Source: an uncultured bacterium (GTDB taxonomy: Bacteria > UBP7 > UBA6624). From it: a DNA stretch of 64,000 bases. Numbering within the stretch: position 1 is the stretch's first letter; each line of letters starts with the position of its first letter. Where the stretch lies: assembly GCA_964012435.1 (NCBI GenBank), contig CAXGSM010000003.1, positions 1 through 64,000 of the forward strand, in the 5' to 3' direction. The position numbers and the translations under genes were made by a program. Shown one piece after another: positions 42,366 through 52,532 of this stretch. The notes beneath the pieces are model-generated. The model made no database searches and was not told the origin of the DNA. It was given only the letters and a program-made list of their open reading frames with translations.

Positions 42366-43087
42366 ATTGCAACTTCAACATTTTTTTCTTGTTTGTCAAG
42401 CTTGACTACCTTGCTTTCGCAAACTTTAAAAATCTTGTCAGACACACCCATAGCCCTTGCTGGATTATGGTCTACAAAAATTATGCTTGACTTATTTTTT
42501 TTCACATAATTAAACATCTTGAAACCAACGCTTATTGATGTTTCATCATCAAGCTCGCCTAAAAATTCATCAGCAAGAATTATTTTTGGCTTTTGTAGAA
42601 GGGTCCTTGCAACTGCAACTCTTTTTCTTTCACCACCAGATAGGAATTTGACCTGTTCATTTGCTTTTTCTTTTATTTCAAGCGATTCCAATATCTCCAT
42701 TGCCTCTTTGGTTATTTCTTTATTTGGATCTGAAAGAAAAACATCTAAGAAATTCATTTCATGGAATTTTCCAAAGATGACATTTTCAATAACGGTTTTG
42801 TTGTTTACAAGCCCAAGCCTTTGTGGAATGTATCCAATATTGCCGGACGGAAGACAGTCGGCACAACATTCTCCAAGTATGCAGATTTCACCAGATATTT
42901 GAGGAATTATTGATGCAATTGTTTTTATGAGTGTTGTTTTTCCTGCACCTGAAGGTCCAACAAGTGCTATTATTTCACCTTTTTCAATTTCTAAATTGAT
43001 GTCTTTTAATATTGGCTCTTTTGAACCATAACCAACATTAAGGTTTTTCAGTTCAAGAACTGTTTCTTTAAACACTGTTTCACTCAT
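42362..43087 (-). CDS. phnC: PhnC-type ABC ATPase
   Basis: GPSGAGKT, LSGGE and ILADE motifs; coupled to phnE. Confidence 0.8.
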   Translation of the reverse strand: MSETVFKETVLELKNLNVGYGSKEPILKDINLEIEKGEIIALVGPSGAGKTTLIKTIASIIPQISGEICILGECCADCLPSGNIGYIPQRLGLVNNKTVIENVIFGKFHEMNFLDVFLSDPNKEITKEAMEILESLEIKEKANEQVKFLSGGERKRVAVARTLLQKPKIILADEFLGELDDETSISVGFKMFNYVKKNKSSIIFVDHNPARAMGVSDKIFKVCESKVVKLDKQEKNVEVAI

Positions 43088-43109
43088 TTTTTTTATAACC
43101 GGGAAAGAA

Positions 43110-43712
43110 TTATATAAAGTAGAACATAATAGTGAATGTAAGCCATGTCATAAACACAATGCCAATATTATCCGAAATCCATCTCCACCATAGTTCAGTT
43201 GTTGCACCGATAATGAATGGAAGAGATGATGCAACAGGGTTATCTTGGAAGTTAACCCAGTACCAATTTGTTGATGTGTTGTTTATCCAAAAATTTACAA
43301 TAAATATCAAAATCGGAATTGAGAAAAAAATTCCTTGGTAATTTTTTTTATTTTTATTGTTTATTCGTCTTCCAATGAATCCATGTAGTGGATCTGATAT
43401 AGCCATACATAAGCATGTGATTCTTGCAAAATCCAAAATGGAATCTTCTTCCATTCCGTGCAGATCTGCTGTTAGCATGAATAAAAAAATGGATAATCCA
43501 ACAGATATTGGATATGAGATTATTCCCCAGTCTGGCCATTTTTTATACAGCGTATTTAAGAAAGGTATTTGTGGCCAGAGTATTGCTAAAATTAAACCAA
43601 ATAATGATAAAAAGAATGCATCAATAGTTGTTTTTATTATTGGTAAAAAAAGAAGAGATATAGCTAACATGTGGCCAACACCCCTTATGTCTCTTATTTT
43701 TGTATTGGTCAA
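43110..43712 (-). CDS. CTP-dependent polyprenol/diacylglycerol kinase family (phytol/dolichol kinase-like) membrane protein
   Basis: R...H near the N-terminus, ISDP..G.IGR and E....SDN motifs; multi-TM. Confidence 0.55.
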   Translation of the reverse strand: MTNTKIRDIRGVGHMLAISLLFLPIIKTTIDAFFLSLFGLILAILWPQIPFLNTLYKKWPDWGIISYPISVGLSIFLFMLTADLHGMEEDSILDFARITCLCMAISDPLHGFIGRRINNKNKKNYQGIFFSIPILIFIVNFWINNTSTNWYWVNFQDNPVASSLPFIIGATTELWWRWISDNIGIVFMTWLTFTIMFYFI

Positions 43713-44842
43713 ATTGCTAATTTGCTTTCTGTGTTTTTGAATTGTCTTGGAGGCCTTTTACCGAATGAGCATAACATTTCGTAAGGTATTGTTTTTCCCC
43801 ATTCTGCTAAGTTCATCATAGTTATCTCTTCATGACCTTGTTTTCCAAGCATGGTTACCCTGTCTCCAATTTCTACATCAGGTATATTCGATATGTCAGC
43901 ATAAAGAAAATCCATCGATATGGCTCCAACAACAGGTGCTCTTCTCCCTCTTATTAGCACTTCAGAGTGTCCGGATAAGCTTCGTGTATATCCATCAGCA
44001 TACCCAATCGGAACAATTGCAAGCCTTGTAGGGTTGTTAAATTTGGTTATATTTCCATATCCAAATCCTTCATTTTTTTCTATTGTTTTTCTATCAATTA
44101 CTCTTGCATGAACACTCATAACAGGCAAGACTGGTGGAGCATTTTTCAAATCTGTTCCAGTTGGTTTTGATCCATATAAGAGATATCCAATTCGAACAGA
44201 ATCCATATAGTATTCAGGACCTCTCAAGAATGCAGGAGAGTTTGCTATATGCCTTTCACAATCTGGAAATTTTTCCATCCAATCAGATTCTTTTAGTGAT
44301 TTTCTAAATTTTTCTAAAGCTTCTAGTGTTGATCTTGAGTCAGTATCTGCAACATGAAAATGAGAAAAAATTCCGGTAGGTTCAAATGGCGTTTCTTTAA
44401 ACTCTTTTGCAAGTTGTTTTAATGCTGCTGGGGGAACACCCAATCTATGCATTCCAGTGTCAATTTTCACATGTATATTGGGTGCAGGGAGGTTTGGGTC
44501 TAGTTGCCTTTCCCATCCTTCAAGATGTTCTGGTCTAAATAAACATTGTGTGATTTTGTATCGTTGAAGCAGTGGGACCCCTTCAGGAATAGTTTCACCT
44601 AGAACTAAAATTTCAATTTTGATTCCATTTTCTCTAAGCTCTATAGCTTCTTCTAGGCTAGCAACACACAAGCCTCGTATTTTTGATTTTTGTATAGCTT
44701 TTGAAACCTCAATGGCTCCATGCCCGTAAGCATCTGCCTTTACAACAGCCCAAATTCCAACATTATTAGCTTGAGATTGCAAGACTCTAAGATTGTGTTT
44801 TAGATTATCAAGATTTATCTCAGACCAAACTCTTCTATACAT
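43709..44842 (-). CDS. alr: Alanine racemase
   Basis: AVVKADAYGHG (PLP Lys), HVKIDTGMHRLG, PIGYADG and TIPYE motifs. Confidence 0.96.
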   Translation of the reverse strand: MYRRVWSEINLDNLKHNLRVLQSQANNVGIWAVVKADAYGHGAIEVSKAIQKSKIRGLCVASLEEAIELRENGIKIEILVLGETIPEGVPLLQRYKITQCLFRPEHLEGWERQLDPNLPAPNIHVKIDTGMHRLGVPPAALKQLAKEFKETPFEPTGIFSHFHVADTDSRSTLEALEKFRKSLKESDWMEKFPDCERHIANSPAFLRGPEYYMDSVRIGYLLYGSKPTGTDLKNAPPVLPVMSVHARVIDRKTIEKNEGFGYGNITKFNNPTRLAIVPIGYADGYTRSLSGHSEVLIRGRRAPVVGAISMDFLYADISNIPDVEIGDRVTMLGKQGHEEITMMNLAEWGKTIPYEMLCSFGKRPPRQFKNTESKLAI

Positions 44843-46313
44843 TCAATTCCATCCAAGCTAATTTTATAGACTCAGCAATATCTGAAGCAGAAACCGATTG
44901 TCTCGGAATTCCTTTTTCAGATAAGATGCTTCCTGACCTGCCATGTATCCATGCTCCAATAATTGTGGCATGTAAAGGGTTTATCGTTTGGGCAAGAAGC
45001 CCTCCAATCAATCCAGAAAGAACATCACCGCTTCCACCGGTTGCTAAATTTTCATTTCCTGAATCAATAAAAAAAATAGGTTCACTCTTAGATGAAATTA
45101 AAGTTGGAGAGCCTTTTAGGAGTGTTATGGCTTGTGACATTTGCGATATTGTTTTTACAGCTTCAACTCTGTTTGATTCGATTCTTTTTACATCCCCACA
45201 AAGAAGGCTAGCAGCCTCAGAGTGATGGGGAGTGATGATCCTTTCACCGATACTTGAACCTAAACCTTGCAATCTTTTTTCAGGATTTTCTTTTCCTGAG
45301 AAAGCAGTCAATGCATCTGCATCAACAACTGCTGGACAGTTGATTTTTTGAAGCTGGGACTTTATTGTTTTGGCAATTGTTGCATTTCTTCCTAACCCTG
45401 GCCCAATTGTCCAAGCATTCATTTTTCTCACATTGCTAATTGATTCAGTTTCCCTTACTATTTCTGGTGGAACATCTTTAGATTCACCTATCCAATGTAC
45501 AACACCAACGCCACTTCTAAGTGCACCTTCGATAGCAAGCCTTGCTGCACCTGGGTATTTCTTGCTTCCAGCCCAAAGTCCAAGCCTGCCAGCAGTTCCT
45601 TTATGACCATCATTTGGAAAATCAATTAGCATATTTTTTATTGAGCTTTTATTCGGCATATAGCCCATCGGCTTAAAGTCAAGTTTAGTTGGTATGCCTA
45701 TGTATGCAATGCATATTTCACCTGAATATTTTCTTCCAGGGTTTAATAACAGTCCAGGTTTAAGATAAGCAAAAGTTACAGTTAAGTCAGCCTTGAAGGC
45801 AACACCTTCTTTTGAGCCATCGTCCATATTGATACCACTTGGACTGTCTAGAGCCATTCTTCCTTTGAATGTTGCTTTATTTGCTGCGGATATCCATGCG
45901 GAATAAGATTCTTTCGGTTTTCCTTTTGTTCCAGTTCCCAAAAGGCAATCAACCACTACACCGTTTTTGTCACCCAGGTTTTCATAATCTTTTTTAGACC
46001 ATTTGACACCTTCTTTTTCAGCAAGCCTCCATTGTATTTTTGCGATTTTCCCTAATTCGTTTTTTTGCCCATAGAGCGTTGCATTGATCCCATGTACTGC
46101 TGCCCATCTTGCCATAACTATTCCATCGGCACCATTATGGCCTTTTCCTATCATTAGATGCATTGGACTGTCATCCCATTTTTCTAGATAAAATTCAAAT
46201 GCAGATCTTCCTGCATTTTCCATTAATGTTAAAAGTGGTATATCCTCAACAACGGTTCTTTTATCAAGCTCTCGCATTTGCGTAACGCTAAGAATCGGTA
46301 GGTGAGAAGCCAT
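44835..46313 (-). CDS. nnr: Bifunctional NAD(P)HX epimerase/dehydratase (YjeF N+C)
   Basis: MRELD, LMENAG, GKGHNGADG, D.PSG; HKG..G, DADAL, TPH..EA, LATGGSGDVL. Real start inferred at ATG 46313. Confidence 0.93.
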   Translation of the reverse strand: MASHLPILSVTQMRELDKRTVVEDIPLLTLMENAGRSAFEFYLEKWDDSPMHLMIGKGHNGADGIVMARWAAVHGINATLYGQKNELGKIAKIQWRLAEKEGVKWSKKDYENLGDKNGVVVDCLLGTGTKGKPKESYSAWISAANKATFKGRMALDSPSGINMDDGSKEGVAFKADLTVTFAYLKPGLLLNPGRKYSGEICIAYIGIPTKLDFKPMGYMPNKSSIKNMLIDFPNDGHKGTAGRLGLWAGSKKYPGAARLAIEGALRSGVGVVHWIGESKDVPPEIVRETESISNVRKMNAWTIGPGLGRNATIAKTIKSQLQKINCPAVVDADALTAFSGKENPEKRLQGLGSSIGERIITPHHSEAASLLCGDVKRIESNRVEAVKTISQMSQAITLLKGSPTLISSKSEPIFFIDSGNENLATGGSGDVLSGLIGGLLAQTINPLHATIIGAWIHGRSGSILSEKGIPRQSVSASDIAESIKLAWMELNV

Positions 46314-46355
46314 ATCTTTAATTTTAGGCACTAATTTGAATCTAGAATCACTAAT
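46314..46355. promoter_or_regulatory. Divergent, probably leaderless promoter pair
   Basis: TAAAAT (minus, 46321-46326) and TAGAAT (plus, 46343-46348), each 7 nt from an ATG, with no SD. Confidence 0.6.
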
Positions 46356-47120
46356 ATGAGTAAATACAAGACCTTGTTGGTTGAAAAAAAGGAAAAATGG
46401 GCAGAAATAACCATCAATAGGCCTAATGTGCTGAATGCAATAAATGATGATGTTGTAGCTGAGCTGCATGCAGCATTAGACGAATTGAAGGATGATCCAG
46501 CGATTATGGGGTTGATCATTTCGGGTGCTGGAGATAAAGCTTTTGTTGCTGGCGCTGATATTGAAGCTTTGTTAAAAAGGGGAAGAGAGGATGCGTTAAA
46601 GGGAATCAATCAAAAGCTTTTTCAGAAAGTTGAAGATTTTCCATGGCCTGTAATTGCGGCAATCAAAGGGTATGCACTTGGTGGAGGCTGCGAGTTGACT
46701 CTTGCTTGTGACATAAGAGTGGGAGGCAAGACAACCCAAATGGGGCAACCAGAGGCAAGATTAGGGATAATTGCTGCTGCTGGTGGAACTTACAGGTTGC
46801 CAAGGATTGTTGGCACAGGCATAGCAAGGGAGATGTTTTTTACAGGAAAGATTATTGATGCAGAGGAGGCATACAGGATAGGTTTGTTGAATTGCATTGT
46901 TGAAGATGGTGAGGTTATCGGGAAAGCAAGAGAGATGATGGTTAAGATATCAAAAATGGCACCAGAAGCAATCAGGCTTGGAAAGAAAGCTTTAAACAAA
47001 GCTGCATCACCTTCACATGACCATGGAAAAATTGAAAGTGAATACCAGGCAATACTTTTTGAGTCTGAAGACAAGAAACAGAGAATGACAAGGTTTTTGG
47101 AAAAGAGAAACAATAAATGA
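46356..47120 (+). CDS. Enoyl-CoA hydratase (PaaF-like)
   Basis: AFVAGADI, GGGCEL and GQPE motifs; both catalytic Glu present. Confidence 0.9.
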   Translation: MSKYKTLLVEKKEKWAEITINRPNVLNAINDDVVAELHAALDELKDDPAIMGLIISGAGDKAFVAGADIEALLKRGREDALKGINQKLFQKVEDFPWPVIAAIKGYALGGGCELTLACDIRVGGKTTQMGQPEARLGIIAAAGGTYRLPRIVGTGIAREMFFTGKIIDAEEAYRIGLLNCIVEDGEVIGKAREMMVKISKMAPEAIRLGKKALNKAASPSHDHGKIESEYQAILFESEDKKQRMTRFLEKRNNK

Positions 47121-47968
47121 AAGCCATAGATATTCATATACACATGCAACCTAGAGAAATGATGTCTCCAGGAGCACTTGCATTTATCGAAAGTGGAAGG
47201 CCTGATTCTGAAATTGTGAAAAGATGTTTAGATTCACCAAAAGCTCTTGCTGAACATTTGGACAAGGAAAGGATTTCAAAAGTTGGTGTTATTAATTATG
47301 TAGCTCCAGATATTATGGGATTCACTTCAGGCGTTAACCAATGGGCTGCAGAGTATAGATCAGGAGCACCTGACAGAATTATTGCATTTGGGGGAATACA
47401 TCCACCTGCTTGCAAAAATGTCAAAGACGAGATGAGGATAATTTTTGAAGATTGTCAACTTGATGCATTAAAGATACATCCTCCCCATCAAGATATGCCT
47501 GCAAATGCATATGCTGATGGGTCTATACCTGAATTGGCAACTGTTTATGAAATGTGTCAAGAATACTCAAAACCTGTTTTGATCCATACTGGTACTAGCA
47601 CCTTTCCTGGAGCAAGAAGTAAATGGGGAAATCCGATGGAGATTGATGATATCGCAATTGATTTTCCTGATTTGAAAATTATTATGGCCCATGGAGGAAG
47701 GCCACTATGGATTAATGAAGCCTGGTTTGTTTTTAGAAGGCATAAGAATGTTTATTGGGATCTTTCTTCAATACCTCCAAAGAGAATGCTGGAGTGGTAT
47801 CCAAGATTATTTGAACTTGGCAATAAGGTTATATTTGGGACAGATTGGCCAAGCCCTGGCGTTCCCGGAATAAGGAAGAACCTTGATGCTATCTTAAGTT
47901 TGCCCATTTCACAAGAAGACAAGGACAATCTTTCATACAAGTCTGTGCAAGGAGTTTTTGATGATTAG
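47117..47968 (+). CDS. Amidohydrolase_2-family metallo-enzyme
   Basis: DIHIH, KIHP, IHTG, AHGG and FGTDWP motifs. Confidence 0.85.
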   Translation: MKAIDIHIHMQPREMMSPGALAFIESGRPDSEIVKRCLDSPKALAEHLDKERISKVGVINYVAPDIMGFTSGVNQWAAEYRSGAPDRIIAFGGIHPPACKNVKDEMRIIFEDCQLDALKIHPPHQDMPANAYADGSIPELATVYEMCQEYSKPVLIHTGTSTFPGARSKWGNPMEIDDIAIDFPDLKIIMAHGGRPLWINEAWFVFRRHKNVYWDLSSIPPKRMLEWYPRLFELGNKVIFGTDWPSPGVPGIRKNLDAILSLPISQEDKDNLSYKSVQGVFDD

Positions 47969-48809
47969 TAAAATTACTGTTATAGGTTCAGGGACAATGG
48001 GGAACGGTATTGCACAAGTTTCTGCAATGGCTGGTTTTGAAACATCACTATTTGACATAAGCAAAGAGCAACTTGATATTGCAGAATCGAAGATTAACAA
48101 GAATCTCGATAAAGGTTTTGAGCTTGGTAAGATTGCTGCAGAAAAAAGAGACAATGCAAAAGGTAACTTGTCTTTTACAGGAGATTTTGAAACAGCTGTA
48201 AAGCATTCAGACCTTATCATTGAAGCTGTCCCAGAAAATATGGAATTGAAGAAACGGATATTCAATGATGCTGAAAAATTCGTTCATGAAGAAACGATCT
48301 TCGCAACAAACACAACAGGTTTATCAATCACTGAAATGGGCAATGCGACGAAAAGGGAAGACAAGGTGATAGGGATGCATTTTTTTAACCCAGTGCACAT
48401 TATGAAACTGATTGAGATTGTGAGGTCCATCTCAACCTCACAAGAAACCTACGAGATTGTTAAAGCGGTTTCAGAAAAAATGGGAAAACAGACAGTTGAG
48501 ATTAATGAAGCTGCAGGATTTGTCACATCAAGAATGAATGCTCTTATAGGGGCTGAGGCATTCCGGATGTGGGAAGAAGGAGTTGCTTCACCTGAAGATA
48601 TTGACAAAGCTTTGAAATTGGGTCTTAATCATCCAATGGGGCCGTTTGAGATGATTGACCTTGTCGGCTTAGATGTTAGGTTGGCAAGCATGCAAAATCT
48701 TGAGAAACATCTTGGTCCTGCTTTCAAGCCAAGCAAAAAGCTTGAGGAATTGGTGGAGAAGGGCAGGCTGGGTAGGAAAACCGGAAAAGGTATTTATGAT
48801 TACAAATAG
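47961..48809 (+). CDS. 3-hydroxyacyl-CoA dehydrogenase (Hbd/PaaH-like)
   Basis: GSGTMGNG, EAVPE, GMHFFNP, HPMGP and LGRKTGKG motifs. Confidence 0.92.
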   Translation: MISKITVIGSGTMGNGIAQVSAMAGFETSLFDISKEQLDIAESKINKNLDKGFELGKIAAEKRDNAKGNLSFTGDFETAVKHSDLIIEAVPENMELKKRIFNDAEKFVHEETIFATNTTGLSITEMGNATKREDKVIGMHFFNPVHIMKLIEIVRSISTSQETYEIVKAVSEKMGKQTVEINEAAGFVTSRMNALIGAEAFRMWEEGVASPEDIDKALKLGLNHPMGPFEMIDLVGLDVRLASMQNLEKHLGPAFKPSKKLEELVEKGRLGRKTGKGIYDYK

Positions 48810-48821
48810 GATCTTTTTCAT

Positions 48822-49037
48822 ATGAGCGGACAGGGTTCAGCAGGAAATACGATTGCTGCTTTGGCGAGTTTTTTTGTGCCAGGATTAGGGCAGTTGATTC
48901 AAGGTCGAGGCTGGGTTGCTTTTTGTCATATTTTTCTTGCTGTAATTATTTATGCTTTTACTCTCGCTCTTCTTGGTTGGGTGGTTCATGTAGCATCATG
49001 TCTTGACGCAGCCAAATGGAAACCGATCGTCAAATGA
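48822..49037 (+). CDS. Small membrane protein (SFFxPGLGQ type)
   Basis: ASFFVPGLGQLIQGR motif followed by a TM segment. Confidence 0.7.
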   Translation: MSGQGSAGNTIAALASFFVPGLGQLIQGRGWVAFCHIFLAVIIYAFTLALLGWVVHVASCLDAAKWKPIVK

Positions 49038-49372
49038 ATTCTTTTTCTGAAAGAGATTGTGTTCCTTGTAAAGGCGGTATTCCCCCATTGAAAGGAAAAG
49101 AGCTTTCATCCTTGATGGAAGAGATAAGCGAAGATTGGAACCTAGTTAAAGAGCATCACCTTGAAAGGGAATTCAATTTTCCGAACTTCCAAGAAGCATG
49201 GGGTTATCTGAATAAGGTTGCTGAGATGTCAGAACAACAGGACCATCATCCAGACTTAGAACTTTCCTGGGGCAAGGTTAAAGTCAAAATCTGGACACAT
49301 AAGATTGACGGACTGACAGAAAGTGACTTTGTTTTTGCAGCAAAGTGTGATGATTTGTTAGGATTAGAGTAA
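49034..49372 (+). CDS. phhB: Pterin-4-alpha-carbinolamine dehydratase
   Basis: CVPCKGG, DHHPDL and WTHKIDGLTESDF..AAK motifs. Confidence 0.92.
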   Translation: MNSFSERDCVPCKGGIPPLKGKELSSLMEEISEDWNLVKEHHLEREFNFPNFQEAWGYLNKVAEMSEQQDHHPDLELSWGKVKVKIWTHKIDGLTESDFVFAAKCDDLLGLE

Positions 49373-49395
49373 ATCCCAAAATAGGAGAAAAGATA

Positions 49396-50934
49396 ATGGC
49401 AGATTTCAAAATGTTAATAGGTGGAGAATGGAAAGATAATCCAAAATTCAATCCGGAAAAAAGAGCTGGGCCAAGAAACCCTGAAAAAATATTAATACCG
49501 GTTTGGACAGAATCAGAATCAGGAGAAAAATCAGAGATAAAGAATCCAGCGAATGGTTCTATTGCAGGCACTGTACCCAAAGGGACAGTTAAAGATGTTC
49601 GTAAGGCAATTTCAGCTGCAAGTGAAGCTTTTAAAACATGGAAAGAAACAGATGCTGAACATAGAGCTGCAATCATCAACAAGGCGATGGGTTTAGTTAA
49701 GGCAAACATGGCTGAGCTTGCTAACATGCTCTCTGAAGAGCAAGGGAAACCTCCTTTTGAAGCCAATGGTGAAATACACCATTTTGTCCATGGTATGGAT
49801 TTTTATGCTGGTCTTGCAAGCAAAATAAGAGGTGCTCAGGTTCCTTTGCCAAGTGCAATGGGTAAGAATGCATATGGGATGGTTATAAAGAGACCTGTTG
49901 GTGTATGTGCAGCAATAGTGCCTTGGAATTTCCCAATAACCTTGCTTGGAACAAAATTAGGACCGGCTCTTATTGCTGGAAACACTGTTGTTGTTAAGCC
50001 TGCGGGAACAACACCATTGACAACATTGAGAATTGCTCAATTATTCATGGAAGCAGGTCTTCCTGCTGGAGTTTTGAATGTTGTTACTGGCCCTGGTAGC
50101 ACTGTAGGGCAAGAGCTTTTAGAAAACCCAATTGTTAGAAGGATAGCTTTTACAGGTGCTTCTGATACTGGTAAAAAAGTAATGGAAGCAGCAGCTCCTG
50201 AATTCAAAAGAATAACACTTGAACTTGGTGGAAGTGACCCAATGATAGTAATGCCTGATGCAAATCTTAAAGCTGCAGTTCAAGGGTGTCGAATTGGCAG
50301 ATTTTGGAATGCTGGACAAGCTTGTTTGGCTGTTAAAAGATTAATTCTTCATGAAGATATCTATGATGAATTTTTAGAAATGCTTAAGGCTGCAACTGTC
50401 AGTTATATTCCTGGTGATCCAAAGAGCCGTCCAGAAAAAGGCCAATTGAGAATGGGTCCCTTACATACAGCTTTTCAAAGAGAGGAGATAGAAGATCAGC
50501 TTGCTGATGCTGTTTCAAAAGGTGCAAAGGTGATTTGTGGTGGTAAAAGGCCAGAAAATCCTGAACTTAAAGATGGTTATTATTTTGAACCTACTATTGT
50601 TGTGGATGTTCCAAGTGACTGCAAATTGGTTACCGAAGAAGTTTTCGGTCCTGTTTTACCTGTGTTCAAAGTTTCAAGTTTAGATGAAGCCATAAACATG
50701 GCAAACGATACTGAGTGGGGTCTTGGTTCTTCAATATGGACAGCAAGTCTTGCTGATTCACATAAGGCAATAAGAGAGATTGAGGCAGGAGTTACATGGG
50801 TAAACATGTTGCATTATGGTTTTGATGAACTTCCTTTCGGTGGAGTGAAAGCAAGCGGTATAGGTCACGAGCATGGACCTGAAGCTGTTGATTATTACCT
50901 TGAAAACAAAGGTGCCGTAATAGGCGGAATTTAG
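49396..50934 (+). CDS. Aldehyde dehydrogenase
   Basis: PWNFP, KPA, FTGA, LELGG, GQAC, EEVFGP and PFGG motifs. Confidence 0.93.
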   Translation: MADFKMLIGGEWKDNPKFNPEKRAGPRNPEKILIPVWTESESGEKSEIKNPANGSIAGTVPKGTVKDVRKAISAASEAFKTWKETDAEHRAAIINKAMGLVKANMAELANMLSEEQGKPPFEANGEIHHFVHGMDFYAGLASKIRGAQVPLPSAMGKNAYGMVIKRPVGVCAAIVPWNFPITLLGTKLGPALIAGNTVVVKPAGTTPLTTLRIAQLFMEAGLPAGVLNVVTGPGSTVGQELLENPIVRRIAFTGASDTGKKVMEAAAPEFKRITLELGGSDPMIVMPDANLKAAVQGCRIGRFWNAGQACLAVKRLILHEDIYDEFLEMLKAATVSYIPGDPKSRPEKGQLRMGPLHTAFQREEIEDQLADAVSKGAKVICGGKRPENPELKDGYYFEPTIVVDVPSDCKLVTEEVFGPVLPVFKVSSLDEAINMANDTEWGLGSSIWTASLADSHKAIREIEAGVTWVNMLHYGFDELPFGGVKASGIGHEHGPEAVDYYLENKGAVIGGI

Positions 50935-52532
50935 TTCTTTTTTTCAATAGGGGCACTTAAAGGTATAAGTCCTGCAAGTGTCATTGCAAAAATTAAGGAG
51001 ATGTATGTTCTCATATAGAAACCAATTGCGTCGTAAAGCAATACACCTGTAGGAATCCATATCAAACCTAATGCAACAAGTGCAGGAATTGATGCCAGTA
51101 GCTTTGCTTTGGGACCGCTTATTGTTTTGGTGCCTGTAAGGATCAATCCTGAAATTACAGCAATGAATGATGGGACAAGGAATAGATATATTGCACCCGG
51201 AAGAACAAAGGCCATTAGTATCGAAAGGCCACAGAAAAATCTCCATGTTGTTCCCCAAAGGCCCCAAAATGTTGCTCTTCTTCTTAAGAATTTAAGTATT
51301 GGCCAAAACACCAAACAGGGAATCAAAAAAAGAAGAAATATTGAGGCTGCTGGATCTTTAGGCCACCATCCATAAAGCTGGAAGCTTTCAAAGATATAAA
51401 CATCAAAAGCTATCCCAACCCCAGTTGTTCCAAGGATAAGGCCGGGAAAAGCTAAAGAGCCCCAGCCAAGTTTTTTCCAGGTTAGTGCTTTTAGTCTTCC
51501 TAACCTCATGAGTACAAAATACAGCAAAACCATTGTGGTTAAAGATAGAGCTATATTGTTTTTTTCTGGCCAGCTAAAGAAAAATTTACCTATTAGGTCA
51601 AAGTAAACATTATTTGAATCATGTTGAATTTTTGAAAGGTCTTTTTTCTGTAAAGCATCAAGAATCTGGAGTACGTTTTGGCCCTGATGTTGAAGGGTGT
51701 CAAAATTTAGATTTTCTATATTGTCATTTTCAGTATGGTAGTTTTGAGCGTTACCTATGAATGCAAAATTAAAGCCCTTTAGTCCGTATTCTTTGTATAT
51801 TAAAAAGTCAGTTCCATTTGGAAGCCTTTTGTATATTTCATAAAAAATTGATGATGATCTCGGATGCGTTACTGAAGAGCCATAAATTTCAATAAGGTTT
51901 GAACTGTTTTCACTTGTTTCAAACATGAGGCTTGGCCCACTTGTTCCTCTTGCTTCCATATTTATCACATACTCAATCTCTTTTGCCCAAGGATGTCCAT
52001 CCATAAATGCTTTTGATCCAAGTAATCCCACCTCCTCCCCATCATTGAACATGATTATGAGATCGTGATTAAGCTGCTTACCGCCTTCTGAAAATATTCT
52101 TATGATTTCAAATGTTGCAGCTACAGCATGCATGTCATCTGCTGCTCCAGGAGCTTCTCTGACAGAGTCATAATGTGATGAAAGCAATATTTTTGGACCG
52201 TTAGAATTTTTGCCATTTATTTTTGTGATTACATTGAAAAGAGTTTCTTTTTTTCCTTTTATCGTGGCTTCAAAACTTTGTATTTCAGGCTCAAGACCAA
52301 TATCAATAATTTTTTCAATAATTAAATCTCTTATCCTCTCGTTCTCTTTTGATCCGGAAGGGTGCGGTCTTTCATTCTCCAGTAAGTCAAGAAGGGTCAA
52401 CGAGGCTCTTGCGGATGAAAATTCACCTAATGGTGCCCCTAAGTTTTTTGCCTTTGGTGGAAAATAAGAGAAAAAAGAGATGATGAAAATCAAAAAAAGA
52501 ACTTTGAGGCCGAATAGGAAATGTTTTGGCAT
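50931..52532 (-). CDS. M28-family membrane metallopeptidase (ERMP1-like)
   Basis: SSHYDS, GAADD, GEEVGL, NMEARG and YHT motifs; C-terminal TM bundle. Confidence 0.9.
   Translation of the reverse strand: MPKHFLFGLKVLFLIFIISFFSYFPPKAKNLGAPLGEFSSARASLTLLDLLENERPHPSGSKENERIRDLIIEKIIDIGLEPEIQSFEATIKGKKETLFNVITKINGKNSNGPKILLSSHYDSVREAPGAADDMHAVAATFEIIRIFSEGGKQLNHDLIIMFNDGEEVGLLGSKAFMDGHPWAKEIEYVINMEARGTSGPSLMFETSENSSNLIEIYGSSVTHPRSSSIFYEIYKRLPNGTDFLIYKEYGLKGFNFAFIGNAQNYHTENDNIENLNFDTLQHQGQNVLQILDALQKKDLSKIQHDSNNVYFDLIGKFFFSWPEKNNIALSLTTMVLLYFVLMRLGRLKALTWKKLGWGSLAFPGLILGTTGVGIAFDVYIFESFQLYGWWPKDPAASIFLLFLIPCLVFWPILKFLRRRATFWGLWGTTWRFFCGLSILMAFVLPGAIYLFLVPSFIAVISGLILTGTKTISGPKAKLLASIPALVALGLIWIPTGVLLYDAIGFYMRTYISLIFAMTLAGLIPLSAPIEKKN

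Noticed and set aside
46314..46469. N-terminal extension of the nnr ORF
   Set aside because: Overlaps the opposite-strand ECH gene; homology begins at MASHLP (46313), which has its own -10 box.
49284..49766. 160-aa minus-strand ORF and the many other short overlapping ORFs in the track
   Set aside because: Antisense or off-frame to well-supported genes, with no recognisable motifs.
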